A DNA stretch of 64,000 nucleotides from an uncultured Ruminococcus sp. (GCA_902772845.1 CACYCI010000004.1:908-64907), one strand, 5' to 3'; counted from the stretch's first letter, positions 16,762 to 26,881 are shown. Notes: generated from the letters alone by a model not told the origin. Made by a program: numbers and translations.

Positions 16762-18450
16762 TTACGGATCCACCACGGCGGTGTAGTATTTGTCGTAAGT
16801 GACGTAGCCCGGCTTGCTTCCGGCGGGCTTGCGCACGTTGCGCACGCGTGTGTAATCGACTTCCACGTTTTTGCCTCCGCGCACCGAAGAATGCCGCGCC
16901 GCTATGCGCGCCGCCTCGGTGTAGTCGTCGTCGCCCGGTTCGCGCCCTTCTGTGTAAAGGATGACGTGGCTGCCGCTGAAATTTTTTACGTGGAACCAGA
17001 TATCGTCCTTTGCGGCGGACTTTGTAAGCGAGTCGTTCATTATGTTGTTCCTGCCCACGCGCACGCGGAAGCCGCCCGGCGTGGTGAATTCGGCGGGGCG
17101 CGCCGGCTTGAGGAAAGTTTTTTTGCCGTTCTTGCGTATATAGCCGCCCAGAACGAGCTCTTCTTTTATATGATCGGCGTCGTCGCCGCTTTCGCAGCGT
17201 TCTATCGAATCCATCACCGATTCCAGATACCGCTTTTCGGCGTCGCTCTCTTCGAGCTGCTCGGCTATAACGAGCTCGGCTGTCTTGAGCTTGCGGTATT
17301 TTTTGAAAAGCCGCGCCGCGTTTACGGAAGGCGAAACGCGCGGGTCGAGCCGCACCCTGACCTGTTCGCCGGTGGACCAGTCGGTGCAGACGCATTCGGG
17401 ATCGCCCTGTTTGATACGGAACATATTTGAAGTTATAAGTTCGCCTTGCACACGGAACACGTCCTTTTCAGCGCATTCCGCAAGTTCTTCGCGCTGGGCG
17501 GCGGATTTCTTTTCCAGGCGTTTTATGCGCTGCGACACCACCGCCGCAAGGTCGGAAGTGCGTTCCCTTAACAGGGCTTGCGCGCCCTTTTGCGCAAAGA
17601 AGACGTGTGTGAGTTCGCAAAGCGTGCCGAACGTGCGCTTTGGAAAATCGCCGTAACGGGTGATGTCGGTAAAGTAAAATTCCACGCCCTTATCTCCGTC
17701 GTAGACCGCGGTGGGCGTGAAGCCGCCTTCGGCCGTTTTGGCGCACAGTCCCTTGACGGAAGCGAAAAGCCCCGAAATATCGGCGTATTTTACGCAAAGC
17801 TCGGCGCTGCCGGCGCCGATACGCGCCGTTTCGTACGCCGAAAGGGGCGAAAAGCAAAGGAAGGTTTCGAGCAGGAATTTTTCGCAGCTCTTTTCGCCGT
17901 TTTCGGCGCAAAGCTTTGCAAATTCTTCCGCGCTCACCGCGCGCGCCGAAATTTTGTTCTGCCTTGGCGGCAGCTCGTAAGGAAGCCCCGGCATGAGCGC
18001 GCGTTTATAAGATACCAGGTCGCCCGCGAAAAGACTGCCGAGCACCTTGCCGCCCGTCGTTATGACAAGGTTGGAATATCTGCCCATTATTTCGGCATAG
18101 AGCGTTTTTTCGGAAATATGCCCCAGATCGTCGGGAGAATCGAACGTGAACCTGATTATGCGTTCGTCTTCCACCGCGGCGACCGAAACCAGCTTTGCCG
18201 ATTGCAGATGTTTGCGCAAAAGCAGGCAGAAAGCGTTGGGGATATCGTTGGCGAGCGTCGGCTCTTTTGCCACAGTAACGAAATTTGCCGCCGCGGAAAG
18301 CGACAGCAAAAGGTATTTTTTTGTTTTATCGCCGTAAAGAGTGAGCTCGGCGGTGTTGCCCGCGTAGTTGACCTTTTCCACGCGGCAGCCGCTTACGGTC
18401 TCGTTCAGTTCGCGCGCGAGCGCCGCGCAGAAAAAACCGTCAAACGCCAT
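16762..18450 (-). CDS. rqcH: NFACT-family ribosome quality control protein (RqcH / FbpA-like)
   Basis: The N-terminal NFACT-N pattern is MAFDGFF..LA.EL. The protein is 562 aa. The C-terminal NFACT-R-like region reads ..FHVKNFSGSHVIL... Confidence 0.82.
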   Translation of the reverse strand: MAFDGFFCAALARELNETVSGCRVEKVNYAGNTAELTLYGDKTKKYLLLSLSAAANFVTVAKEPTLANDIPNAFCLLLRKHLQSAKLVSVAAVEDERIIRFTFDSPDDLGHISEKTLYAEIMGRYSNLVITTGGKVLGSLFAGDLVSYKRALMPGLPYELPPRQNKISARAVSAEEFAKLCAENGEKSCEKFLLETFLCFSPLSAYETARIGAGSAELCVKYADISGLFASVKGLCAKTAEGGFTPTAVYDGDKGVEFYFTDITRYGDFPKRTFGTLCELTHVFFAQKGAQALLRERTSDLAAVVSQRIKRLEKKSAAQREELAECAEKDVFRVQGELITSNMFRIKQGDPECVCTDWSTGEQVRVRLDPRVSPSVNAARLFKKYRKLKTAELVIAEQLEESDAEKRYLESVMDSIERCESGDDADHIKEELVLGGYIRKNGKKTFLKPARPAEFTTPGGFRVRVGRNNIMNDSLTKSAAKDDIWFHVKNFSGSHVILYTEGREPGDDDYTEAARIAARHSSVRGGKNVEVDYTRVRNVRKPAGSKPGYVTYDKYYTAVVDP

Positions 18451-19156
18451 AGAGCACGACCTCCGGCACGAACTGCTTTACTCTTTCAGCCAAAAACGGC
18501 AGCACCACGTTTTCGGTGGCGAAATGAGTCAGGCACAGCAGATTCAGCCCGTATTCGCGGCAGTCGATAATGGCGGCGTGGTTGACTTCGCCGGTGACGA
18601 ACGTGTCCGCGCCGGCGGAGAGCGCCGCTTTTATCTCGTCCTTTCCCGAGCCGGACACCACTGCGACTTTAAGCACCGGAACGCCGCAGTCGAGCGCGTT
18701 CTGCGCCCGCGCGCCCAACGCGTTTTCGCAAGCGGAAGCGAACGACGCGAGATCTGTGGTTTCGACGCTGCCGATCCTGCCGTAAGGCACGAAAGCGGAC
18801 GTGTCCTTTACACCGAGCGCGGCGCAGAGGCAGTCGTTCACGCCGCCCGGAGCAATATCCAGGCAGGTGTGGTAAGAAACGACCGATATCCCGGCGCGGC
18901 AGGCGAACGCGACTCTGCCGCCCACCGAATCCGAAACGCTGACGCACGAAAGCGGGCGGAAAATGAGCGGATGGTGGGTGACCACGGCGTCGGCACCCGT
19001 TTCACGGGCGCGTTTGAGCGCGCCGGTGGTGCAATCGAGCGCGACGAGCGCTTTTTTGATATCGCCCCCGCAGTCGATCTGTATACCGTCGGCGTCCCAC
19101 GGTTCGCTTTCGCCGAACAGGGCGCGCATATTCTGATCGAATTCTTTGACGTTCAT
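18440..19156 (-). CDS. Nif3-like dinuclear metal centre protein
   Basis: The motif ..GADAVVTHHPLIF.. is present and the C-terminal metal-binding region ..THFATE.. is conserved. Confidence 0.82.
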   Translation of the reverse strand: MNVKEFDQNMRALFGESEPWDADGIQIDCGGDIKKALVALDCTTGALKRARETGADAVVTHHPLIFRPLSCVSVSDSVGGRVAFACRAGISVVSYHTCLDIAPGGVNDCLCAALGVKDTSAFVPYGRIGSVETTDLASFASACENALGARAQNALDCGVPVLKVAVVSGSGKDEIKAALSAGADTFVTGEVNHAAIIDCREYGLNLLCLTHFATENVVLPFLAERVKQFVPEVVLYGV

Positions 19157-20103
19157 TTTTTTGCTCCGTCTTTATTCTTCACGCTGTTTCTTATCGCGTC
19201 GGCTATGCCGTCGACGGACAGACCGTAATAATCCAGAAGCTCGCCCGCCTTGCCCGAAACGCCGAAAACGTCGTTTATCCCCAGGCGCGTTACGGGCGTA
19301 GGGAGTTTTTGTGAAAGCAGTTCACATATAGCGCCGCCAAGGCCGCCTATGACGGAATGCTCTTCCACGACCACGACGTTACGGGTGCGCGCGGCGTATT
19401 CGAGCACGGTCTTTTCGTCGAGCGGCTTTATGGTGTGCGTATCTATGACCGAAACGTTTATGCCTTTGGTTTTCAAAAGCTCGCAGGCTTTGAGCGCGCG
19501 GTCTACCATTACGCCGTGCGCGAACACCGCACAGTCTTCGCCCTGAGTGAGCGGCACGGCCTTGAAAAGCTCGAACTTATACGTCGCGGGGTCGAACACA
19601 ACCGGCACCGCCTGTCTGCCCAGACGGCAATAGACGGGGCCGTCGTACTTAAGTATGGCTTCTATCGCTGCGTACGCTTCGGTGTCGTCGGCGGGGGAAA
19701 TGACAGTCATCCCGGGTATGGAACGCATTATCGCCATATCCTCGCAGAACTGATGTGTCGCGCCGTCTTCTCCCACGGTGACGCCCGCGTGCGACGCGCA
19801 TATTTTTACGTTGAGATGCGTATGCCCCACGCAGTTGCGTATCTGCTCGTAGGCTCTGCCCGAAGCGAACATCGCGAACGAGGAGGCGAACACGGGAATT
19901 CCCGTTGCGGCTATGCCGGCGGCGACGCCGATCATATTCTGTTCGGCTATGCCGCAGTTGATGAACCTTTCGGGAAATTTATCGGCGAACATTTTGGTCT
20001 GGGTGGAGCCGGAAAGATCGGCGTCCATGACCGCGAACATATATTTTTCGCCAAGATCCGCGAGCGCTCTGCCGTAAGAAACTCTGGTAGCTATATCTGC
20101 CAT
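19153..20103 (-). CDS. Transketolase, C-terminal (pyrimidine-binding) subunit
   Basis: ATG at 20103 (MADIATRVSYG) lies behind GGAGGTGG. The protein shows transketolase Pyr and C-terminal domain similarity. Confidence 0.9.
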   Translation of the reverse strand: MADIATRVSYGRALADLGEKYMFAVMDADLSGSTQTKMFADKFPERFINCGIAEQNMIGVAAGIAATGIPVFASSFAMFASGRAYEQIRNCVGHTHLNVKICASHAGVTVGEDGATHQFCEDMAIMRSIPGMTVISPADDTEAYAAIEAILKYDGPVYCRLGRQAVPVVFDPATYKFELFKAVPLTQGEDCAVFAHGVMVDRALKACELLKTKGINVSVIDTHTIKPLDEKTVLEYAARTRNVVVVEEHSVIGGLGGAICELLSQKLPTPVTRLGINDVFGVSGKAGELLDYYGLSVDGIADAIRNSVKNKDGAKK

Positions 20104-20104
20104 T

Positions 20105-20947
20105 TCATTCCACCTCCGCAAATTCCGCAAGCGCGGCGTCGAGTTCTTTTACCGCCTGCTCGTATTCGGGCTGCTTGGGCGCCTTGCCGTGCCAGCCCAC
20201 GGCGTTTTCCATATAAGAAACGCCCTTGCCCTTGACTGTATCGCAGATTATCATAAGCGGCCTGCCTGCGACGCCGGAATTTACCGCCGCCTCTATCTGC
20301 GCAAGGTCGTGGCCGTCGACGGTGCGGACTTCCCAGCCGAACGCGCGGAACTTTTCATCCAGCGGCACGGGGTTCATGACGTCGCGCACGTCGCCGTCGA
20401 TCTGCAGTTTGTTGTAATCCAGAAACGCGGTGAGGTTATCGAGCTTGTAATGCGAAGCGAACATCGCCGCTTCCCACACTTCGCCCTCCTGCGATTCGCC
20501 GTCGCCGAGCAAGGTATAAACGTGATAATCCCTGCCGGCGATCTTTGCCGCCTTTGCCATTCCGCAGGCGGCGGAAAAACCCTGCCCCAGCGAGCCCGTG
20601 GACATATCCACGCCGGGAGTGGTATGCATATCCGGATGTCCCTGGAGCCGCGCTCCGAGCTTGCGCAGCGTCTTTATCTCTTCCACGGGGAAATACCCCT
20701 TCAGCGCCAGCGCGGCGTACAGCGCGGGCGAGGCGTGCCCCTTGGAAAGCACGAACCTGTCGCGCTCGGGATCGTCCGCGCGGTCGGGCGAGACGTTCAT
20801 TTTGTCGAAATACAGGTATGCCAGAATGTCGGCGCACGAAAGCGAGCCGCCGGGATGGCCGCTCCCCGCGTTGTATACGCCCTCTATAATGAGGCGGCGC
20901 ATCTGCGCGGCTTTTTTACGAAGGTGCAAAAGTTTTTCTTTTTCCAT
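20105..20947 (-). CDS. Transketolase, N-terminal (TPP-binding) subunit
   Basis: The motifs ..GSGHPGGSLS.. and the TPP-binding GDG..QEG are present. It sits immediately upstream of the C-terminal subunit. Confidence 0.9.
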   Translation of the reverse strand: MEKEKLLHLRKKAAQMRRLIIEGVYNAGSGHPGGSLSCADILAYLYFDKMNVSPDRADDPERDRFVLSKGHASPALYAALALKGYFPVEEIKTLRKLGARLQGHPDMHTTPGVDMSTGSLGQGFSAACGMAKAAKIAGRDYHVYTLLGDGESQEGEVWEAAMFASHYKLDNLTAFLDYNKLQIDGDVRDVMNPVPLDEKFRAFGWEVRTVDGHDLAQIEAAVNSGVAGRPLMIICDTVKGKGVSYMENAVGWHGKAPKQPEYEQAVKELDAALAEFAEVE

Positions 20948-20987
20948 TTGCTTTTCCTTTCCCGTAATTCAATAATTTATGCTAAGA

Positions 20988-21902
20988 TCAGAGCGAATAG
21001 TTGTTTTTTAATATTTCAAGAGTTTTTGCAAAGTATTCGGGGTACGGCGCTTCGAACGAAAGCGTTTGCCCCGTGACGGGGTGCGTGAACGAAATATACC
21101 GCGCGAACAGGCACTGCCCGACCAGACCGAACGGATTTTTGGCTTTGCCGTAGACGCCGTCGCCGGTGACGGGATGCCCAATATGGGCCATGTGGACGCG
21201 GATCTGGTGCGTTCTGCCGGTGAACAGCGTGAGCCGCAGATGCGTGTACCCGCGGTAGCGCCCCAGGACTTCCCATTCGGTACGCGCCGTGCGGGAATTC
21301 TTTTGGGTGACCGCCATTTTTTTACGGTCTTTTTCGCTGCGGCCGATGGGAAGATCGCACACGCCGCTGTCTTCGCCGAAATTGCCGTCGCACACGGCCT
21401 CGTACCTGCGGATGAAAGAATGCGAAGCGATCTGCTCCGCAAGCCCGGCGTGCGCTTCGTCGGTCTTGGCGACGATAAGCAGACCGGAAGTATCTTTGTC
21501 TATGCGGTGGACGATCCCGGGGCGGACGACGCCGTTTATGGAAGAAAGTCTGCCGCGGCAGCGGTAAAGCAGCGCGTTGACCAGCGTGCCGTCTTCGTTG
21601 CCGTTGGCGGGGTGGACGACCATCCCCTTGGGCTTGTCGACCACAAGCAGATGATCGTCTTCGTAGACGATATCCACGGGTATATCCTGCGGGACGGCTT
21701 CCAGCGCGCGCGGGGCGGGGATCGCGGCTTCGACCGTGTCGCCCGGTTTGAGCTTGCAGCTTTTTAGACAAACACAGCCGTTGACCTTGACGCCGCCGTC
21801 TTTTATGACGGTCTGGGCAAGGGAACGGCTGACGGAGCACTGCTCCGAGACGAAAACGTCGAGACGCATTTGCGCGCCGTTTTCAGATACCGTTATCGTC
21901 AT
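20988..21902 (-). CDS. rluD: RluA/RluD-family 23S rRNA pseudouridine synthase
   Basis: It has an S4 domain plus the catalytic motif HRIDKDTSGLLIVAK. The start is uncertain: ATG 21902 has AGGA at 8 nt, and alternatives exist at 21911 and 21935. Confidence 0.88.
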   Translation of the reverse strand: MTITVSENGAQMRLDVFVSEQCSVSRSLAQTVIKDGGVKVNGCVCLKSCKLKPGDTVEAAIPAPRALEAVPQDIPVDIVYEDDHLLVVDKPKGMVVHPANGNEDGTLVNALLYRCRGRLSSINGVVRPGIVHRIDKDTSGLLIVAKTDEAHAGLAEQIASHSFIRRYEAVCDGNFGEDSGVCDLPIGRSEKDRKKMAVTQKNSRTARTEWEVLGRYRGYTHLRLTLFTGRTHQIRVHMAHIGHPVTGDGVYGKAKNPFGLVGQCLFARYISFTHPVTGQTLSFEAPYPEYFAKTLEILKNNYSL

Positions 21903-22452
21903 TGTCTCCATCCTGCGTACCCGCTCCGTCTTCATTCTGATATTCTTCGGTACCGGTATTACCGGTTTTTTGCGCCTTAAGCCGCTTTTCGACTTTTGGC
22001 TCTATAAATATAAGATAAACTCCCAGCATGACCGCGCCTACCGTTATGAACGAATCGGCGCCGTTGAACACCGCGAACTTTACGAACGCGGGCTCGATAA
22101 AATCGGTCACAACGTGTCTGCCCGCTTCGTCGGTGACGAACAGGCGGTCGATCATGTTGCCTATGCCGCCGCCCAGCACGAACGACACCGCGAGCGTAAG
22201 GAGCAGGTGGCGATCTGAATATTTGCGCAGAAACCATATCATCCCAGCAATGGCGGCGGCAGAAACGATAATGAAGACCCACCTGGCGTTGCCGAGCATT
22301 CCGAAAGCCGCGCCGTCGTTCTGCACGTAGGTGATGTTCACCACGCCGGGGATAAGGGTGAACGAATCCCCGACGTGCATGAAAAGACGTACAAGAAACT
22401 TGGTGAGCTGGTCGATGAGCACCACGCCCAGCGTGACGAAGAAAGTCAGCAT
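21883..22452 (-). CDS. lspA: Lipoprotein signal peptidase II with acidic C-terminal tail
   Basis: ATG at 22452 (MLTFFVTLG..) overlaps the ileS stop (ATGCTGA). The motifs NDGAAFG and GGGIGNMIDR are present. Confidence 0.9.
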   Translation of the reverse strand: MLTFFVTLGVVLIDQLTKFLVRLFMHVGDSFTLIPGVVNITYVQNDGAAFGMLGNARWVFIIVSAAAIAGMIWFLRKYSDRHLLLTLAVSFVLGGGIGNMIDRLFVTDEAGRHVVTDFIEPAFVKFAVFNGADSFITVGAVMLGVYLIFIEPKVEKRLKAQKTGNTGTEEYQNEDGAGTQDGDNDDNGI

Positions 22453-25241
22453 ACGGCGTTCCCGCAGCGTTCGCAGAGGTGCTGACCGTCGGCGTCGTCG
22501 CAGTAATGTTCGACCGAACGCCAGCAGCGCACGCATTTTTCGCCCGAGGCGGGTTTTACGACCACCGAAATGCCGTACGTTTCGTCGTGATAAGCGCCTT
22601 CGGGGACTTCGCCGGCGACAAGTTCGACCTTGCTGGTGATAAATATCGTGTCAAGGCAGTCGGCGTGTTCGGCAAACACCTTTAACGCTTCGTTGCCTTC
22701 GGGCGCGTAGATCACCAGGTCCGCGTCGAGCGATTTGCCTATGACTCTGGCGGCGCGCGCTTCTTCCAGCGCTTTGAGCACGGTGTCGCGATATTCGAAA
22801 AGTTTGTCGTAGCTTTCTTCAAGAGAATCGAAGCAGATACCCGCGTCGTATGCAGGCATATCGTTGAGGAAGACGCTGCGCGCGTCGTCGCTCTTCTTGT
22901 GCGGCATATATCCCCACGCCTCTTCGGCGGTGAACGAAAGCACCGGCGAAAGCATACGGATTATTGCCGAAGCCGCCGCGTACATTACTGTCTGCGCGGC
23001 GCGGCGCGACACGGAATCTTTCTTTTCGCAATACATGCGGTCTTTGGTTATATCAACGTAGACCTTGGAAAGGTCGATAGAGCAGAAATTGTGGATCTCG
23101 TGGTAGACTATATGGAATTCGTAAGCCGAATACGCCTCGTTCACTGTCTTCACCAGCTTGTTCAGGCGCGAAAGGATCCATTTATCGAGCGGTTCGAGCG
23201 CGTCGTAAGAAACGGCGTCGGTATTGGGATCGAAATCGCCTTCGCCCAGGTTGGCGAGCAGTATGCGCAGCGTGTTGCGGATCTTGCGGTAGGATTCCGA
23301 AAGCTGCTTGAATATTTCTTCAGAAGCGCGCACGTCCACGCGGTAATCCGAAGCGGCGACCCACAGGCGGAGCATATCGCCGCCGTATTTCTTGATTATC
23401 TCTTCGGGAGCTATGGCGTTGCCGAGCGATTTGTGCATGGCTTTGCCTTCGCCGTCGACGACCCAGCCGTGCGTGAGCACCTGCTTATAGGGAGCACCGT
23501 TTTCGAGCGCGCCCACGGCGGTGAGCAGCGAGGACTGGAACCATCCGCGGTACTGGTCGGCGCCTTCGAGATACAGATCGGCGGGCCAGCCGATGCCGCG
23601 GCCCTTTATGACCGCGTAATGGGTGGAACCGCTGTCGAACCAGCCGTCCAGAGTATCGGTCTCTTTGGTAAAGTGTCTGCCGCCGCATTTAGGGCAGACG
23701 AAACCTTCGGGCAGCAGCTCTTCGGCTTCTTTTTCGAACCAGATATTGGAGCCGTGCTCGGCGAACAGGGCGGAGATCTTTTCTATAGTCTGTTCGGTGC
23801 AAATGACTTCGCCGCAATCGGCGCAGTAGAACGCCGGGATGGGAAGTCCCCAGTGGCGCTGGCGCGAAATGCACCAGTCGGCGCGTTCTTTGATCATGGA
23901 GACCATTCTGTCGCCGCCCCAGGCGGGGATCCAGTCTACGTCGGCGCAAGCCGCGACCGCTTTGTCGCGGAACGCTTCCACCGAGCAGAACCACTGCGGC
24001 GTGGCGCGGAATATGATAGGCGACTTGCAGCGCCAGCAATGCGGATACTGGTGGACGATCTCTTTGGAAGCGAACAGAGCGCCGCTTTCGCGCATATCGT
24101 CGAGTATCGCCTTGTTGGAATCTTCGTAGAACATACCGGCGAACTTGCCGGCTTCCTCGGTCTGATAACCGCGGTCGTCCACGGGGACCACTATCTTTAT
24201 GCCGTAGCGCATACCGGTGTAATAGTCGTCGGCGCCGAAACCGGGCGCGGTGTGAACGCAGCCGGTGCCGCTTTCCATTGTAACGTATTCGGCGCAGCAA
24301 ACAAGACTTTTGCGATCGAGGAAAGGATGCGACGCGGTCATGTATTCGAAAAAGCTGCCGGGCGCTTCGTAAACGGTTTCGTATTCTGTGATCCCTGCCT
24401 GCGCGAGCGTCTGTTCGACCAGCGGCTTTGCGAGTATATAGTAAGCCCCGCCGGCGTTGACCACGCAGTACGTGTCGCGCGGGTGGAGCGCGATAGCCAT
24501 ATTGCCGGGAAGAGTCCACGGCGTGGTGGTCCAGATTATGAAATATGTGTTTTCGAGCGGGCAAATGCCGGAAAGCTTGCCTTTATCGTCGCTGACCTTG
24601 AAGCGGACGTAGATGGAAGTGCATTTTGCGTCTTTGTATTCGATCTCGGCTTCGGCGAGCGCGGTCTCGTCCTTGGGGCACCAGTATACCGGCTTGAGCC
24701 CTTTGTAGATATACCCTTTTTGGAACATCTTGCCGAAAACTTTCATTTCGGCGGATTCGAATGCGGGGTCCATGGTGAGGTACGGATGATCCCAATCGCC
24801 AAGCACGCCCAGGCGCTTGAAAGAAGCGCGCTGGATATCCACAAAATCGGAAGCGAATTTTTCGCACGCCTTGCGGAATTCGGGCACCGACATCTTTTTG
24901 CGGTCGAGCTTGTTCTTCTTTATGATAGCCGATTCTATGGGCATACCGTGGTTATCCCAGCCGGGAACGTACGGCGCCGAAAAGCCGGTCATGGATTTGA
25001 ATTTGACTATGATATCCTTGAGCACCTTGTTCATGGCGGTGCCCATATGGATGTTGCCGTTGCTGAACGGAGGGCCGTCGTGGAGCAGGAACTGCGGCTT
25101 GCCTTCGTTGCGTTCCTGAATGAGCCGGTAAAGCTCTTCGGTTTCCCATCTGTTCTGAGTTTCGGGCTCCTTCTGCGGCAGATTTGCCCGCATGGGGAAT
25201 TCCGTGGCGGGCAGGTTGAGTGTGTTCTTGTAGTCGATCAT
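22446..25241 (-). CDS. ileS: Isoleucyl-tRNA synthetase (type 1, C-terminal Zn finger)
   Basis: The HIGH-type motif is PFSNGNIHMGTA and the KMSKS-type motif is KAMHKSLGN. The C-terminus reads CVRCWR...CERCGNAV. Confidence 0.97.
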   Translation of the reverse strand: MIDYKNTLNLPATEFPMRANLPQKEPETQNRWETEELYRLIQERNEGKPQFLLHDGPPFSNGNIHMGTAMNKVLKDIIVKFKSMTGFSAPYVPGWDNHGMPIESAIIKKNKLDRKKMSVPEFRKACEKFASDFVDIQRASFKRLGVLGDWDHPYLTMDPAFESAEMKVFGKMFQKGYIYKGLKPVYWCPKDETALAEAEIEYKDAKCTSIYVRFKVSDDKGKLSGICPLENTYFIIWTTTPWTLPGNMAIALHPRDTYCVVNAGGAYYILAKPLVEQTLAQAGITEYETVYEAPGSFFEYMTASHPFLDRKSLVCCAEYVTMESGTGCVHTAPGFGADDYYTGMRYGIKIVVPVDDRGYQTEEAGKFAGMFYEDSNKAILDDMRESGALFASKEIVHQYPHCWRCKSPIIFRATPQWFCSVEAFRDKAVAACADVDWIPAWGGDRMVSMIKERADWCISRQRHWGLPIPAFYCADCGEVICTEQTIEKISALFAEHGSNIWFEKEAEELLPEGFVCPKCGGRHFTKETDTLDGWFDSGSTHYAVIKGRGIGWPADLYLEGADQYRGWFQSSLLTAVGALENGAPYKQVLTHGWVVDGEGKAMHKSLGNAIAPEEIIKKYGGDMLRLWVAASDYRVDVRASEEIFKQLSESYRKIRNTLRILLANLGEGDFDPNTDAVSYDALEPLDKWILSRLNKLVKTVNEAYSAYEFHIVYHEIHNFCSIDLSKVYVDITKDRMYCEKKDSVSRRAAQTVMYAAASAIIRMLSPVLSFTAEEAWGYMPHKKSDDARSVFLNDMPAYDAGICFDSLEESYDKLFEYRDTVLKALEEARAARVIGKSLDADLVIYAPEGNEALKVFAEHADCLDTIFITSKVELVAGEVPEGAYHDETYGISVVVKPASGEKCVRCWRSVEHYCDDADGQHLCERCGNAVC

Positions 25242-25281
25242 TTTGCATTCCTCTTGCGTGTGAATTCTTTTATAACGGAAG

Positions 25282-25306
25282 AAAAACCGCTTTTCCGGCG
25301 GTTTTT
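25282..25306 (-). terminator. Rho-independent terminator between divIVA and ileS
   Basis: The minus strand reads AAAAACCGC-cggaaaa-GCGGTTTTT-cttcc. Confidence 0.65.
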
Positions 25307-25316
25307 AGGTAAGCGC

Positions 25317-26033
25317 TTATTCGGCGTCCTGCCCGGCGTCTTCCTCCGGCGCGGTATTTTCGGGCGCGGGCGGTTCTTTCTGCTGCAGCGTGCGCAGATA
25401 TTCCTCGTCCGAAACTGCTGCGGCGGGCTCCTCTTCGGCGGGGGCGGCGGGCGCGGGTTCGGCGTTGAGATCGGTATCTTCACGCTCTTTTTCGTCGGTG
25501 GCTATGCCGTCGCGGATAGCGCCCTTGACGTCGGTGAAGATCTTGCCGACTATTTCGGATTCGTTGGGGAGCACGATATCTTCGAGCTCGTTGACCGAAA
25601 TGGACTGCAGCTCTTCTATATGAGCGCGGTAAAGATCGTAAACGTTCTTTTTGAAATCCAGCACCTTGGTACGGATCTGCCACATTTCTTTCTTTTCTTC
25701 GCCAAGTTGCTCGCGGAAATCGGCGATTATGGCGTCGCAGCGGTCTTTTATGGAAGACGTTATGACGTCGGCTTTCTCGTTGGCGTCGCGGATGATCTTT
25801 TCGCTGAGTTTCTGCGATTTGAGCAGCGTGGAGCGAATGGATTCCTCTTCGTCCTTGAGCTCGTCGAGATTCGTGACGACGATCTTGAGCTTGCGCTCGA
25901 GCTCGCTGTTTTCGCGATAGAGCGCGGTATAGTTTTCCACAAGGAAATCTATGTATTCATCGACCTCCTGCGGGTTATAGCCGCGCATGGTCTTTGTGAA
26001 GGATTTATTTTTAAGTTCGTGCGGTGCGAGCAT
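25317..26033 (-). CDS. divIVA: DivIVA domain protein
   Basis: The N-terminus reads ..HELKNKSFTKTMRGYNPQEVDEYID.. It has coiled-coil character and conserved synteny with sepF/yggT/ileS. Confidence 0.85.
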   Translation of the reverse strand: MLAPHELKNKSFTKTMRGYNPQEVDEYIDFLVENYTALYRENSELERKLKIVVTNLDELKDEEESIRSTLLKSQKLSEKIIRDANEKADVITSSIKDRCDAIIADFREQLGEEKKEMWQIRTKVLDFKKNVYDLYRAHIEELQSISVNELEDIVLPNESEIVGKIFTDVKGAIRDGIATDEKEREDTDLNAEPAPAAPAEEEPAAAVSDEEYLRTLQQKEPPAPENTAPEEDAGQDAE

Positions 26034-26060
26034 TATATTACCTCCGGAACGGTGATATTT

Positions 26061-26336
26061 TTAACCTAAAAACGCAAGGACTGTGCGCACGACGGTGATT
26101 ATCATCAGGACTACCACCGCGCCGATATCGTCCGTGGCTATGGGGAGTTCCAGCTTTTTGGAAAGGAAATCGGATATCGGCTGAGCGCACGGCTGCGTCG
26201 TCGCATAGGCAAACGAATAGAGCAGACTCTGTTCGGGGTCCGCAAAAACAGGGTAGATCACCCTTATGACTATAAGAAGAGACAGCGCGGCCAGCATTAC
26301 CGTGGCCGTGCTTTTTATCAGAGCGATTATGAGCAC
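26061..26336 (-). CDS. YggT family membrane protein
   Basis: It is a 91-aa protein with two TM segments, in the ylmG position of the division cluster. Confidence 0.78.
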   Translation of the reverse strand: MLIIALIKSTATVMLAALSLLIVIRVIYPVFADPEQSLLYSFAYATTQPCAQPISDFLSKKLELPIATDDIGAVVVLMIITVVRTVLAFLG

Positions 26337-26391
26337 GTTATGACCTCGGATATTTCAATAAGGTACGCCCGCAGGCGGGCGGCGCCCCGTA

Positions 26392-26847
26392 TCAGAAAAA
26401 TTCCCTGGGCTGTTTTGCGGCGGGCTGTTCGGTCTGAGCGGCTGCTTCCGCGGCTTTCTGGTCGCCGGTCACTTCGACGTGGTCGGGAGTGATGACGTAT
26501 GTAGAGCTTGCCACGTTTTTGATCTGGCCTTTGATGGCGAAGGTTACGCCGGAAAGGAAATCTATAATGCGAATGGCTATTTCTCTGTTAGCGCTTTCGA
26601 GGTTGAGCACAACGGTCTTGTGCTGGAGCAGATGGGTGGCTATGCCGGCGACTTCGTCGTATCTCGAAGGTTTGCAGACTTTCATTTCGAGATTGACGGG
26701 GCTGACCACGCTGCTGCTTTCGCGCACGGCGCCGGTGGAAACGGAAGCGGTATCTTCTTCCATATCGTCGTCGTATTCTTTCTTGTAATCGTCTTCGCCG
26801 TTGTTTTCGCCGTTGAAGGTGTTGCGTACAAAATCAAAGATTCCCAT
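26392..26847 (-). CDS. sepF: Cell division protein SepF
   Basis: The C-terminal SepF domain reads ..KPSRYDEV..IA..L...K.VVLNLE......A.RIIDFLSG...A..G. Synteny supports the call. Confidence 0.85.
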   Translation of the reverse strand: MGIFDFVRNTFNGENNGEDDYKKEYDDDMEEDTASVSTGAVRESSSVVSPVNLEMKVCKPSRYDEVAGIATHLLQHKTVVLNLESANREIAIRIIDFLSGVTFAIKGQIKNVASSTYVITPDHVEVTGDQKAAEAAAQTEQPAAKQPREFF

Positions 26848-26881
26848 TAGTTTGGTTCCTCCGTATTAAAATAATGATTTT

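Noticed and set aside
22899-26069. A 1056-aa plus-strand ORF. Similar long ORFs were also noted: 35628..37301(-), 42556..44094(-), 46609..48165(-), 7907..9175(-), 10074..11297(+), 12525..13610(+), 27529..28818(+), 45680..46834(-), 48825..49949(-), 50211..51257(-), 51951..52937(-), 31012..31983(-), 62539..63408(-) and 63197..63988(-).
   Set aside because: All lie antisense to genes with unmistakable conserved motifs (ileS, divIVA, ecfA, clpC-like, dnaE, PBP, GRE and others). Their translations are low-complexity and R/A/G/F/V/H-rich, with no recognisable motif or RBS. The 1056-aa ORF even runs through an intergenic terminator. These are typical shadow ORFs of GC-rich DNA.
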